Positions 35,757-49,957 of a DNA stretch of 64,000 nt are shown in pieces. Under the pieces are notes generated by a model that was not told the DNA's origin, made no database searches, and saw only the letters and a list, made by a program, of their open reading frames with translations. Origin of the DNA: Parasitella parasitica NRRL 2501 (lineage: Eukaryota; Fungi; Mucoromycota); assembly GCA_025201805.1 (NCBI GenBank), contig MU619363.1, positions 28,366-92,365 of the forward strand. The letters are read 5' to 3'. A program made the translations under genes and the position numbers. The number at the start of each line of letters is the position of its first letter. The first letter of the stretch is position 1.

Positions 35757-38552
35757 TCAGAAGAATCGTCTCTTGACCCATTTATACGATTCGACTACGG
35801 CAATGTACAAGAACACAGAGGCAACTGTCATACCCCATTCCCAAGTGATAGGCTTGTGTCTAAAGACTTCAGTGTTCAAGACAGGAACATAAAGTGCAAT
35901 GATTAACAGGATAATACCAAACAAAGTAGACCAGAAGAGATACTTGTTTTGAGGGCCTCTTAGTGCAGAAATAGACCAGGTAGAGTTACGGAGATCGCGA
36001 CAAGTAAAACCATGAAGTAGTACGATCACTGTCAGAGTAGCGAAAAGTGCACCACGAGCACGAAAGACTTCATCGCAAGTATCGTTATAATGACCGTTGC
36101 AGTCTTCACCAAGGTTACCAGTACCATAGCCGTAAAGCACGACGATAAAATTGGCTAAACAAATCACGCCAATAGAGAAACCGTAAAAAATAATGTCGAT
36201 CAAATTAGATCTGCTGAAAAGACCATCTTTTTCAGAACGGGGAGGTTGAAGCATTTGATCCTTATGAACAGGTTCCAGACCGAGACTCATAGCAGGAGGC
36301 GAACTTGTCAAAATGTTGTTGAACAGGATTTGGATAGGTGCCATAGGGAATACAGAGCCGCCCGATTGGTCGATAAAGACCAAACCCAAAAGTAAAGGTG
36401 TCAATTCAGCAACATTACCAGACACCATATGAACGACAAAACGAGCAATGTTGCCAAACACACGACGACCTTCTTCGATAGCCTTGACAATGGTGGCAAA
36501 GTTATCATCAACAAGTACAATATCAGCAGCTTGTTTAGCTACATCAGAGCCATTTTCGCCCATAGCAATGCCAATGTCAGATTCTTTGAGCGAAGGGGAG
36601 TCATTGACACCATCGCCGGTCATACCGGCAATCTTCTTTCGACGATGAAGAGCTTCTATCATCTTGACCTTGGTATCAGGACTACAACGCGCAATCACAA
36701 GTGGGAGATTAGGAAGAGCATCGATTTCGTCTTCGGTCATTTTGTCGAAACGTTGGGCTGTCATGACCAAGTTATCCATATCATCGCCAATATGAGGTTT
36801 AGCGGCATCCTTGGCACGTTGATATAATTCTTCGTCCTCTTCAGTCAGGCCATAAGTAGAGGGGACAATGTTAACTTCGCGAGCAATGGCAGTGGCAGTA
36901 GCGATATGATCGCCAGTCAGCATGTGAACAGTAATTCCAGCCTGGTGACATTCATCAACAGCATCCTTGGACTCCTTACGAGGCGGGTCATAGATGCCAA
37001 CAAGACCGAGGAAGATCATTTCATGCTCAATAGTCTCACGGACAAAGGTATCAGAAGCAACAGGGCCGTCATGTTTAATGCGACGTGTAGCTAAAGACAA
37101 AACGCGAAGACCGCCACGAGCAAGAGAATCGACCTTAGGAAGGATGACCTCTTGGAGTTCTTCTTGAGTCATTGAGCGAACATCGCCAGCATCAGACATC
37201 TGCATGCCAATACAGCTTTCAAGGACACGTTCCGTGGCACCCTTTAAAAAGGCAATATGAGAGCCATCAGGGGCACGGCAGAGAACAGACATACGCTTGA
37301 TAGAAGAGTCAAACGGGTATTCTGAAATCAACTTCCAGCCTTCATCAGTGTCATTTTTGCTTATCAGAGAGGGCTTGCCATTTTGGAGCTTGTGAGCAAA
37401 GACTTGAAGCGCAATTTCAGTTGGATCACCAATACCAGACCAGTCTCCAGTCGTTTTGTCCTTGCGAACTTCACTCATATTGCAGAGAGCAGACGCATTC
37501 ACCAAAGTTTGAAAGCCATAGTCCATGTTTTCCTTGGTAACTACAGAGTCATCAGATTCGTGTGTAACTTCACCTTCGGTAGTGAAACCAAGGCCGCTTA
37601 CAGAGTAATAACCAGTGCTGGGTCTCCAGAGACGAGTCAGAACCATCTTTGATTGCGTAAGGGTTCCAGTTTTATCAGAACAGACGTTGGTAACAGCACC
37701 TAAAAGCTCAAGAGCAGCAAGACGGCGCACAAGAGCTTTAGACTTTGCCATGCCATGTACTCCAAAGGCTTGCGTAAGAGTGACTACAGCAACGAGACCT
37801 TCAGGGATAACAGAAATGGAGGTAGAAATGGCATACAGAATCACATCATTAGTAATTTGAAACTTGGCAGCGGCGAATACGACGATAACAGCTGTAATGG
37901 CAATAGCAAGCAATACCAAAGCCATGCGATCCAGAGACTTTTGAAGAGGAGTTTTGGTATTGTCACCCGAGTCTAACAAACGCTTTGCGATTTTGCCAAT
38001 TTCGGTGTGCATGCCAGTGGATGTAACAATGGCTTTACCGCGACCCTTTGTCAACACAGTACTTGAATAGCACATATTAGTACGGTCGCCAAGAGGCACG
38101 TCTTCACCTTGAATGACATCAGATACTTTGTTTACAGGCATAGATTCGCCAGTTAAGAGCGCTTCATCAACATCCATATTGAATGATCTAAAGAGAAAAA
38201 AGAATTGTAAGAAATCTTTTATACACAATTATCTTGACATTACTAGTATCAACGTACTCTATAATTCTACAATCGGCACCCACAACATCACCACTCTTTA
38301 GAATAACAACGTCGCCGGGAACTAGTTCACGGGTGGGTATTGTATTTTGATGTCCATCGCGAATAACTTGACTAGTAGGAGAGGCCATTTGACGAAGAGA
38401 ATCCATGGTTTTTTCAGCCTTAAACTCTTGCATGAAACCCACAAAAGCATTGAGGATCATAATCGCGCAAATGACAGCACCCTCAATGTAATCTTTAAAC
38501 ACAAACGAGACAATCTACCACCATGTTAATATAATGCATGATTGATAAACTC

Positions 38553-38647
<95 letters not shown>

Positions 38648-39179
38648 AACAACTTACCATTGCGATTAATAAAATAAGCACCATGATGTTGGTAAACTGT
38701 TTGATCAATAACTTGACTGGGCTGACACCACCTTCGCCTTCCATTTCATTGAATTTAGATTGGGATCTCCTTTCTTCGATAACAGACTCAGGCAAACCAT
38801 CTTGAATATCAGACTTGAGTAATTGTTCTACGGTATCCAAATCCATGGTATGGTATGGGGGTCCCTCAACTTTCTCAGTTTCATCTATACTTTGTCGTCT
38901 TCTTTTCACCAAGTTCATCTTGTGCATCAACACGCTTCTAACTGATTTGGTATCAAAATCCATGGAGCTAGTGCCAGTGGATTGTCTGGTTAAAGGTTTT
39001 TGTGAGTATTTCTCATGGTGCTGAACTTGGTATTCCTTCATTTCCCTGTTTTGTGATTCATCAAACTTGATGGTTGTTTGCTGTTGCTCTTGTTGTTGTT
39101 CCCCATTGTTGTATACTTGAGGCTGAACTTCGTCTTGAGGTTGATTTTGAGTTGGTTGATTTGATGTATTAAGATTCAT
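35757..39179 (-). CDS. ENA: P-type IID Na+/K+-exporting ATPase
   Basis: DEALLTGES, VIPEGL, CSDKTGTLT, KGATE, MLTGDH, ARCSPDTKV, TGDGVNDSP. Confidence 0.93.
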
Positions 39180-40545
39180 AAAATATTTTTTAAGTTATCT
39201 TGTTTTTTCAATTGAAATGTAAAGGACTTTTTTAGAATGACTTGAATGATAGTTCCTTGCTATATATACTTTTTTTTTTGTTGCATAGAAAAATCCCGGA
39301 AAATGTTTCTGATTTCAGATATTTTTACAGAAACTTAGGAAAGCATTTCCATTTGATATGTTTGAAACTTATCACATGCACATGCTTTACCAAGTTTCTG
39401 ATTGGCCAGATCAGCATAAATAAACTAAAATCTCTATCTAAAGAACTAGAGTTTCTAACATTTCCACAATTATATTGACGGAAAAAAGGCACTTTCCATC
39501 TAAATCAATAATATGCCATCTGGTTCTGTTTTTACTGGATTTGGTGAATGTGAATATAGTAACTAACTTTTAGTATTTTTTTTTTAAATTATGATGATAC
39601 ATCCACAATGATTTTACGATATGCAGAATATCTCAAACTTGGCCTGTTGACTTCAAAACTGTCTGTATATTTCTTTCTCAATAGTAAATTTTCAGGTAAT
39701 TAACGATAGGAGTATGCCGTGTTTCAAAATCGTTTATCCGATCGTAAAAAGAAATTCGTACTGCAAGGTGTAGCTCGTTTGTTGTAAATTTTGCAAATAC
39801 TGTGTACATGGAGCGCAAAGTGCACCAAGTTAAAAAAATTGGGAGGCTAGTATGACATCGAAGTAATTAGATAAATAATATCCACTACTGCTCAGGTCTA
39901 GCCGACTTTATCAAAAATTAGAAAATAAATCATAGAACGTCTAATATATCAATCAATCAGCAAGTTAAAAGTATATTTATATTCGGGTATTGCTGTTTAC
40001 ATTATCCCAGAATTGATATTTGTGTTTATAAAAGAGAGTTAGAAACGGTATTAGAATGAATATACAGTACCTCCAGTTTATAAACAAGATGATAATTATA
40101 CCTGAATCCGTAAAAGTGGTTTAATAGGGATGTACTAAATTTGACAAAGATCTCAGCATTTTGACCATGTTTTAAGCAATGATAAATTACAAGAACCTAC
40201 TTTGATAGCAATGTTGATGGTGTAAATAATAAGAACCTTTACAATTGCATTTGGGAAGCTTTCTTCATCAAGTCTTTACTAATTTTAGTCAATATTTCAT
40301 ACAATGTTGAGATAGTCTCCATGCAGGTGTGATGTATCTGATTACCAATTGCTCTTTCATTGCTAGGCTGATTGATAGCTCCTTCGCATGTTGCTATGGA
40401 AACCATGCTCAATGCAGTGATGATACCAGCACAATAGAAAAGGTGACTCCTTTTACTTGCTACCAATCCCTTTCCTAAAAAAAACCAAACAAAATGTTGA
40501 GTCAACACAATTGTCGCGTCTTCTACTTGTTTATTAATATTAATC

Positions 40546-42451
40546 ATGTATAAACCTACAGGTATGATGTTTGAATTTTAAAATTTGTTTAGATAGCTAA
40601 CAATTTGTCTTAAAGGAACAAACGTTACTCCTTTGGGTGCAAAGAGACGCTTTAGAGATGGTTCAAATGAGCGATCCTCTAAAGATGAGACAGAGTATCG
40701 TTCAAGAGGTAAAACAATTGTGACAATTTAAAGAGTTTTTACCAACAAAACATGTAAACAAACAGATCGTAGTTCATCTGGTGCATCAGCTTCGCCTTAT
40801 TCTAACTCACCATCCGACAGCTCAGCATCAAAGAGAAAGCGTAAAAGTCGTTGGGGAGACGAGCAACAAAAGGTGATTATCCCCGGTTTACCAACCACCA
40901 TCTCGATAAACAACAGGGATCAATCCGAAAAATATCTTTGTAAGCTATTGGTACCCTATAATATAGATACATTATTTACATTTATATAGTGCAAATTAGA
41001 TTGGAAGAAGTAAATAGAAAGCTTCGTACAAATGATTATACTCCAAGTGAGCGTGAGAGGTAGGATATATTATTAGTCTACAAGCAACATTGTTAATACT
41101 GGATCATTCATTTATAGATCTCCTTCTCCCGAACCTATTTATAATGCTGATGGTAAACGTGTGAATACAAGAGAAGCCAGATACAAAAAGAAATTGGAAG
41201 ATGAGCGCCATAGATTGATTGAAACTGCCATAAAGACAATTCCCGGCTTTAAACCTCCTATTGATTACAAACGTCCTACAAAGATACAAGAAAAAGTCTA
41301 TATTCCTGCTAAAGAATTTCCTGAAATTAACTTTATCGGTCAACTTATTGGTCCTCGTGGAAATACACTCAAAAACATGGAATCAGAATCCGGTGCCAAA
41401 ATCAGTATTCGCGGTCGTGGATCTGTAAAAGAAGGTAAATCAAGAACGGATGCTGCGGCAGGTGCAGGTCAAGAGGAAGATTTGCATTGTTTGGTCACTG
41501 CAGATACAGAAGAAAAGGTCAGAAAAGCTGTGAAACTGATCGAAAAGGTCATTGAAACGTCGGCTTCTGTACCTGAAGGTCAAAACGAATTGAAGAGAAA
41601 TCAACTGCGTGAATTGGCTGCTTTGAATGGTACGTTGCGCGATGATGAAAATCAGACATGTTTGAACTGTGGTGCGTCGGGCCATCGAAGATATGAATGT
41701 CCTGAAAGACAAAATGTTACTTCTAGCTTGACATGTCATATTTGTGGTGGTATGGGCCATATTGCTCGTGATTGCAATCAAAGAAATAATCCTGAGATGG
41801 CGAATCAAAGTCGTGAGCGTGATTCTCAGCTTGACAGCGAATATATGAATTTGATGGCTGAATTGGGAGAAACAGTGCCTGGTACTGACGCTAATCGTGC
41901 GTATGGTGGATCTGGTCTCCCACCTTCTTCCTCAAGTGGTGGGGCTGCACCATGGCAGCAACCTAGAGCTGGCGGCGGTGCTGCTCCACCATGGCAACAA
42001 CCAAGAACTGGTAGTGCTGCTCCTCCACCTTGGTCTGCACCTAGCCATACTGGTTACTCTTCATCTACCGGTGGAAGAGATGCTTCTCCCAGTAGCAATA
42101 GTGCCCCTTGGCAATCAGGTGGATATAATGCTTATTCAGCACCCAATGCCCAAGCTGGTGGCTATTATAATGCTTATGGATCTTACGGATATTACGATCC
42201 GTCTCAAGCACCACCGACAGGTTCAGCTCCTTGGCAGCAACCTCCACCACCTCCACCTTCGTCATCAGATCAAGGCGTAGATCAATGGGTAAGTTTTTTG
42301 GGATACATGTACACATTTAATTATACTAACTCGGTATCAATAGGGTGCGGCCCCCCCTCCACCTCCACCTTCATCTGATGATAGTCTTCCTCCACCTCCA
42401 CCTCCGTCTTCTGATTCCACGCAACCTCCTCCCCCACCCCCTTCTTCTTGA
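40546..42451 (+). CDS. MSL5: Branchpoint-bridging protein / splicing factor 1 (multi-exon)
   Basis: RKRKSRWG ULM, RSPSPEPIY, KH-QUA2 (INFIGQLIGPRG, RGRGSVKEGK), two CCHC knuckles, Pro-rich tail. Confidence 0.95.
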
Positions 42452-43324
42452 TTGATTTTTGATTTTCCCCATATTAATCGAAATAATAAACTTTAAAACC
42501 TTTTTTTTTTTTTTACCAACAAGTGGGATCTTTTGTTAGAAAAGAAGGATCTTCCATATGACGCATTTTTCTAACGAACTGTGAGAAATGGTATGATGAT
42601 ATTTTATCCTACTTAACAAAATTAATCACTGATTGGATCCCATTCAAAAAAAAAAAAAAAGGAAATGTGATTGTATATGGAAATCTTATTAACCAGCTGG
42701 TACGGCATTGTGCCTAGAGCAAAACGTTATTCTATATGCGTATTGACAGTGTATCAACATTTGAACAAAATTGATATAACTAAATAGAGAATTGCTCAAA
42801 TTCTTTTGTTTCCATAAAATTCTGCGTGGTTTTCCTTGTGTCTCTTTTAAATGAATAAGTTTGATACTGGTGTTACAATAGTGCATACAGTCAGTACAGC
42901 TTTCTTCGGATTCTGCAAACTAAGCATCATCATCATCACTTAATAAGTTCTAGAACTTGAATTGTATTAGTAACAGTATTTGTTAAAATGTTACGTTATA
43001 TGTAACCGAGGCGAAAGTGTATGATTTTATAAACGATAAGCTGCCAAAAAGCACTTGAAGCTAACACAGCAATGAATCTAAATGGAATTCTCTTTCCAAG
43101 ATTTGTCTGACTTGGCATTAAAACCAAATCTAAAAGCTAAGACGTGTCTAAGAATGATGCATTTAGTTAACGATGACAGCATATATATAACGATTCATTT
43201 TTTGGTTCCACAATCATTAATAAGACTATATAATGATGTGTGGCCGTGGATTGAATGGAGCAACTGATAATAAACTATTACGCAATATTGTGGATTAGTT
43301 ATTTGGAGCAAAAAATTTATTTTT

Positions 43325-44262
43325 TTGTTTACATAAACAGTAGTGATTTGATAAACACCCACTAATCTTATAGTTTCCACATGATGTACAAGATCTGTCC
43401 ACGCTTGACCTTGTCAGCAGGCAATTGAGCTTTAGTCGACCAAAACCCGATTCTACAGCACGCACGCCCCATTCTGCGACCTTTCAATACTTTGTGATTG
43501 CCTTCCACTCGTTGAGCACTTTACCTATAACAACCATATTCTTAATTTTGTAAACGTGTCTTGCAAGGAAAGCCCGCATCAGCCAACAATCGATATGGTT
43601 CTGGAAGGAGATTTTCATACAAAGTAGATGCAATCTCAGTATCATGCCACGATCCAGGACAGTTACCCCAACAGCGTGACAAAAACGTAATAAACACCAG
43701 TAAGGAATACGATTAACTTACCTGGCATAATCGCGAGATGTAATCCATCAATAAAAGCAAAAATTATGATGTCCCTAGTCCTATTTTCTTAAACTGTGTT
43801 CACGAGCAGCATTTCATGAAATTCGGCCATTTGAGGTTCCTTAGGCCTGAACACCTTTTCCAGGATATATAATCCAGGTATCTTTGTTCTGCTTATTGAA
43901 TATGCAGTCGCTCCAAACAGCAAGCAAAGGATTTCTTGCTTCATTGTATTATGCAGATTCATTATAACCAAGGCCAACGCAAGATTAGCATCCAGTCTAA
44001 AGTGGCAAATATAGTTATCTTTATTTCTGATGGTCACTATCGTGCAAACAATTGAATATGAGAGATACACCAAACTTGCTGCATTGGTGTAATGTCGCTC
44101 ATGTTTTGACAGCTCGAATATGAGAAACAAACCCGTATAGCATCCCGACGGTTTGAATATAGCGAGTAACTTTTTTAACTTCCTGAGTTTTCTTTCTTTT
44201 GAGATTGACATTGAAGATATGAGGATGAAAGAAGAAAATAATTGCAAAGTTGATATGATCAC
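43325..44262 (-). pseudogene. Degenerate PIF/Harbinger (DDE_Tnp_4-like) transposase
   Basis: Fragments FAFIDGL, GNCPGSWHD...LLADAGFP, AEWGVRAVESGFGRLK, RLVGVYQITTVY in different frames. Confidence 0.75.
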
Positions 44263-46264
44263 TTTGTACGAAGGTCTTTGTGGTGCATTAAGATTTACTC
44301 TTGGGCTGATTGCACCAGAAAGCTATAATCAAGTCGTTTTCGACCCTTTCTTTTTGTTAAACATTGATAACAATACATATCACTATTAGCTGCTATTCTA
44401 AAATTATTCTCTTTATTTATATATAATATATTATTCATTTTGAAATTTAGATTGTTTGCTATATTTCTTTTTGTTCCACTGACCATCATTATAATTAGTT
44501 GCAAATTTTTAGTGGGGATTTCCATATTTGGAGAAAAAGAGCAATTGCTTTGTTTTATTAAGAGTGAAAATACACAGAGAACGTGTTGTAAAATAAGCTA
44601 TCTACATCATATATTGAAATTCAAGGTAGTCTTTAAAGAAGGTTACGATTGTCTATTGACAAACATCTGTGATTCTGGGTGTAAGTGTGTCTACTGACTT
44701 TGGATCAAAAACCTTTAATTGGATTCAGGAACGAAGAGCAAGGTTGAAGATAAACACATTTATGTCTTTGAGACATATACAGATTATTTTTTTATGAATG
44801 GGTGTCTTATCCTGGTAGCAGATTGTTTCCTTTTTCTCTGGTAATTCCTTATACTTTCAGTTGATCTGGCGTCTTCTAGTGTCAGACAAGTACCAAGCTG
44901 GGTTCTCTATATCTAGTTGCACAATAGAACAGCTAGTCAAACCTGTGCCATCTTTTCATAATTTGAAATGCTTCAAAAGTGAGTGTCTTTGTAAATCCAT
45001 TGTAGGTTTTAAGCACCTGATTCCTTTTTCTTTTTGGGTCTACGTGAGCTTCAGTGTGTTATTGTCAGAAAAAAGACAAAAACTGTAAGAAAACAATGTT
45101 TAGCAATCTTAAGCACAAAAACAAGTAATACGGTAATGAGTTAAACTACAAGGCACCTTTTGATTATATATTTGCATAACTTGGAGTAAGTTTTTCACTT
45201 TTAAGTTGAAATCAGATGAAGGTAGCGACTCCTGACTTTTTTCGGAAAAGTATTTTTCAAAATCGGAGCGTGAGATCGTCAGGCCATGTAAAGACATGCA
45301 AGTACTACCATTGAAAAGTCAACAAGTGCACTGTTTAAATAAAATAATTTACTGTTTTTCTCTTGAATTGGGTAAGCTATGACTTCTCAAAGCTAATGCT
45401 TTCTTCAAAAAACACCATTTTTCTTAGATGGCGGAGATTATACGCGTCCAAAAACAGAAAGAAAAAATTCTTTCAAAAACTCCATTTGGATAATTCGAAA
45501 ACAAAATTACTCCTTTGAGGTAAGATATCATTCTTTGATACTATGCATACCACGGCTGTCAGTCTATGATAATAGCTGTATTTTTGGGCGCTCTACACGC
45601 TGGTATCATTCCGTAATTCCCGTATGCTTATGGAAGAAATTCTGCCGTAAAAACCTTGAAAACAGATTGAGAGGAAAAAGTCAACGTTTTGCTTAATCAG
45701 AGCGCTTTTTCAGTCTTTCAGATCAAGGAATGGTCTTTTACGATCATTTTCCTCTAATATATGCCATAGTAAAAAGTTGCGTTTTTGATGTCAAAATCGA
45801 GAATAATGCTTAATCAATGATTTTGGATGGGTAGATACAAGGAAAAAATCGAAAAAATCCATCATTTTGCATCGAAAAAAAAATCATGCTCAAATTGCAC
45901 CAAAATCATATGTAATACAGTTTTTTCCCGTCGGATACTATTCCTGGCGTTTTCAAGGCATTTTTGATTATCAAAATCAGTCAAAAAATGGCACAAAAAG
46001 CTGAAGTTCTTGCTTTCAAGTTTTGTGGCCCGCTGATGATTGTTTAGTTTCAGGTATCTGAAGTATATGTCGATAGTGTTGGTAAAGAATTTCCATTGTA
46101 TTATAAAATGGGATAAAGAACCCAAGTAGTTATTCATTTAAAAATACCTATTGCTCCTGCAAAATGGTTGTTTGATCAAAAATAAAATGATTAGAGCGTC
46201 GCAATTTCGCACATCATTATAAAATGTTCTCTACTCTTGGGCATTTTTAATCTAAAATAGAAAT

Positions 46265-47400
46265 CTAAAATGTGTTTGTATTTAATACTTTTTGTCTCAG
46301 GAGACATTCCCCTTCTCTCAGAAACCTCTTGGCTCTTATCAGAAATAAAAGGTTTTTTTTTATCTGCTTGTAAGTAGGTGTGTCAGACATAGCGATAGTC
46401 TCCTTGTCAACAATGGGTTCTTCAGCCTTCTCGATTTGATTATCAGCGTCAATTGTTAAAACTGTTGTTGCCAATTCCGTGTAGGAGGCAGATGTCTTAG
46501 CAGTGTCAATAGTTTCAATATTAGTTACTGTAGGGGTTGGCTGATTGAGGGATTTGTGGGAAGCATTCAACTTGGCCACTTTCTTTGCCGCCTTTTTAAT
46601 GTTCCACCAAGCCTCTGGGCAGCTGGCCTGCAAATGATCGGTGTTACCACAAACGTAACATGTCTTGACTCTTCGTAGCATGGCAGGGCAATTGCCAAAA
46701 ACATGATCTGTAACATGACAACAACTATAGCTAGTTTTTATGTTAGTTTAAGTAAGAGTCAATTTTTCATTATCGTCCCAAGAATCAATCCGAGGTTTCA
46801 ATTCAGCATAAGTCTTTCCAGGTACTTTGTTTAGAGTGACAAAACCTCGTCCTGTGAACCAGTGTCTGTGCACAGTGTAGAGTAAGCCCATCTCCAAGAT
46901 TTCACCATAGCGGCTAAAGATGTCATCCATATTTTTCTTGATGATCGTTTCATCCTCTCGTAAGGCAGATCACTAATGCTCACTCTAATAATAGTGGCGT
47001 CTTTTGGAAAGGTACGACTTACAGTCACTTTATGTCCTAGTAGGTAAAATCCTTCTTCAAAGCTTCCTCCCTGGCAGCTGCTGTGCGAAAATTAATTTCA
47101 AGATATTGGGTTCCTTTGATTGCAGTTCTAATTCTAAGACTAAGGGCATCCGGATATTGTTCCCGAAGCAAAATACCGAAGTTGACATTGGCCTCTGTGA
47201 ATTGTGTACCATCAATAACAATAGAGTTCTTGTCCTTGGCGTGGATGAAGAGCTGTCCACCCTCAGTGATTTGTCCAATTTCCCCTGTCGACTTATGTCC
47301 CAAGACAATCTTTCTGTTTGTATTATGTCCAGTGTTTCCACCAATGAGATTCAGAAACCATAAAAAGACTGTTTATTAGAAGCATTTTTGGACTGCGTTT
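46265..47400 (-). pseudogene. Degenerate non-LTR (L1-like) ORF1/gag with RRM-like region and zinc knuckles
   Basis: YLEINF, ISDLPY, YGEILEMGL..WFTGRGFVTL, CHVTDHVFGNCP, CYVCGNTDHLQASCP; frameshifts and stops. Confidence 0.7.
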
Positions 47401-48258
47401 TGCTGACGTAGACCCCAACCTTTGGTTTTTGCGAAAGCTTACATAATTATTGATTGACACGCTTTGTAGCAGCAGGAACCTGTTCCAAACGCTCCGCGGT
47501 TGGTACCTAGTTTTTAACTAGGTAAAGAAGAGGATTTCTCCGACTTCCTGGACGTGGGGTGATTCCTACAACCAAACTCTTCTTGGTAGTCGAGGTATGA
47601 TGGTTGATCATCAAGCACTTAATCATCGTGTCATATCTGAGTTTGACCTGTACAAGCAATCACACAAGCTCTGGCCAAATCTGTGTCCGATGCACTCCAT
47701 GTCTTGTCACCTTACCACTCAAATCTTGAAATAAATTAACCAACTTGTTTCTTTCTTTTGCTGTCTATGTCCCGATTTATCGATTAGATAAAAACTCAAG
47801 TTGAACATTTCAGCATTGTTGATTGCTTTAAAGCAGTAGGCATTGCTGATCAGAATGCTGCGGAAGAAAAGTTCACTCGCATCGTTATTAACATGTCCAA
47901 AAGGAAACAATGCCCTACACAACGATGGGCTCATGAGCAAATCGATTCCCAGTTCATGGTAATGACATACCTGCACGGCATCGTGTATTGTGATTACAAA
48001 GAAAGTCTTATTTGCTGCGATTTAGTACTCAACGAGCGTTCACTCTAAAGCTATTGGGAAGAAGTTGAAAAAAATAACGCTCATTCATTTCAGTCTAGAA
48101 GCTATCTCAAATATCAGCGTGATCTGTTAAAGGTAGACTTCATAGAATAGCTTAGCTTGAGTTGCTCAACTTCATTTTTAATAGAAACAAGATTCACCAT
48201 CAACAATTCCTTGCAAAAGGTCAGCCATTGACTCAGAGGATGATTTCGATGAAACATA

Positions 48259-49957
48259 CACTATTTCCGAAAATTATTGGTGCACTAACAAAAAGCAGTT
48301 TGGTGCACCAAAAAAAATCATTTTGAAGCAGCGACGAAAATCAGTTTGGTGCACTGTCCAAAATGCTTTTGGCGCAGCTGCATAATAAATTTCGTGCAAA
48401 AATCAAAATGTATTTGATGCACTTTTAGCTCTTTTCTTACCACAAATATTAGCTTATTCTATGGATCAATTTATTTTCGAAGATGGGAAAGGAAATCTCT
48501 ACGATGAGCAGGGTGAATCAGTTGCTGTTCTCGCTATGGAAGTAGACGACGAACAATATCCTTTGGATAATATAACCAACTTCAGTGACTATATGAACCT
48601 GAAGCCACCAGAAAAGCCGATTAAGAAAACAAAAGAAGATGGTTTGAAACAAGAAGGTGGAAATGCAGAACCCGAGGAACCCAAGGGAACACGGTATCGA
48701 TCATACAAGAGCGAAGATAAAGCCAAGTTCTTCTTTCTCGTATACGAGAAGCAAATGAGCATCCGTGCAGCCTGCAAAATGGTCAAAATCCCTCCCAGCA
48801 CTGGCCAAAACTGGTACAAGAAGGGTGTGGAAAGTTTGGAGAATGATGAAGAGCTTTCTCACAAAAAAGTGGTCAAATCGGTTGGAAGACCACCAAAACT
48901 TCGTGAGGAGCATAAAGAGGCTTTGATCGGCATGGTGGATGCCAAACCAGATCTAGTCTTGGAAGAAATGATGGATCAACTGAATGCTCAATTTATGGGT
49001 CTTGAAATTCGAAAGTCTGCTTTGCACGAGTTCTTGACAGAGAAATGCCAATTTTCGCTTAAAAGGGCTCATTTCCACTCGGTAGAGCGAAATAGTCCTG
49101 AAAAAATTGAAGAAAGATACAACTGGGTCAAGCAATGGCAAGAAACTGACATGAATTTTACAAGTAATTGCGTATTTATTGATGAGACTGCATTCCATAT
49201 CAACATGAAGCGCAACTATGCATGGTCGGTTAAAGGAGAGCGATCTGTTGTAAAGGTTCCCAAGACCCGAGCAAAAACTACGACAATTATCGGGGCCATA
49301 TCACCCTTTGGCGTTGTTAATGTTAAGGTAAAGCTTCCGAAAGTTTATACAGCACCTTCGAAAAAAAGAAAAGCTACAGGTGGCCCTATTCAGACTCAAG
49401 CAGGTAAGGGAGGAACTGTAACTGGACATTACTTCAATTTTGTCGCTAGCACCTTGGATGTGATGGATAAATATAAGGAGTTTGAAGGCCATTATTTGAT
49501 AATGGATAATGCACCTATCCACAAAAACAAAGACATACAATTGTATATTGAAAGCAGAGGGTATAGATGTGTCTATCTCCCACCTTATTCCCCTGAGCTT
49601 AATCCAATCGAGCAATTTTGGTCCATTGTGAAAAGCAAACTTAAAAGAGTGGCACTTTTGGAAGAAGAAACACTGTCCACTAGAATTTCTGATGCTTGTA
49701 ACAAGGTGATGATCAGCGATCTAGAAGGATTTTGCAGATATTCTGCTTCCAAGTGGGATGACTGTTTAGAAAAAAAAAATATATAATAAATCTACACATT
49801 TGGTGCACAATGCACCAAGCACGAAATTTATTATGCAGCTGCGCCAAAAGCATTTTGGACAGTGCACCAAACTGATTTTCGTCGCTGCTTCAAAATGATT
49901 TTTTTTGGTGCACCAAACTGCTTTTTGTTAGTGCACCAATAATTTTCGGAAATAGTG
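48259..49957 (+). mobile_element. Full-length Tc1/mariner (IS630-like) DNA transposon, 1699 bp
   Basis: Perfect 139-bp TIRs (48259-48397 / 49819-49957), TA flanks at 48257-58 and 49958-59, intact transposase. Confidence 0.97.
48461..49786 (+). CDS. DD34E transposase, 441 aa
   Basis: HTH region, GRPPKL, FIDET, IMDNAPIH, LPPYSPELNPIEQFW; 34 residues between second D and E. Confidence 0.96.
   Translation: MDQFIFEDGKGNLYDEQGESVAVLAMEVDDEQYPLDNITNFSDYMNLKPPEKPIKKTKEDGLKQEGGNAEPEEPKGTRYRSYKSEDKAKFFFLVYEKQMSIRAACKMVKIPPSTGQNWYKKGVESLENDEELSHKKVVKSVGRPPKLREEHKEALIGMVDAKPDLVLEEMMDQLNAQFMGLEIRKSALHEFLTEKCQFSLKRAHFHSVERNSPEKIEERYNWVKQWQETDMNFTSNCVFIDETAFHINMKRNYAWSVKGERSVVKVPKTRAKTTTIIGAISPFGVVNVKVKLPKVYTAPSKKRKATGGPIQTQAGKGGTVTGHYFNFVASTLDVMDKYKEFEGHYLIMDNAPIHKNKDIQLYIESRGYRCVYLPPYSPELNPIEQFWSIVKSKLKRVALLEEETLSTRISDACNKVMISDLEGFCRYSASKWDDCLEKKNI

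Noticed and set aside
48270-48400. CRISPR-like repeat-spacer look of the TTGGTGCAC repeats
   Set aside because: Repeats are ~9 bp, irregularly spaced and part of the transposon TIR; eukaryotic context, no cas genes
48259-49957. Fanzor/TnpB cargo in the mariner-type element
   Set aside because: The transposase fills the space between the TIRs; no RuvC/zinc-ribbon ORF seen inside or adjacent
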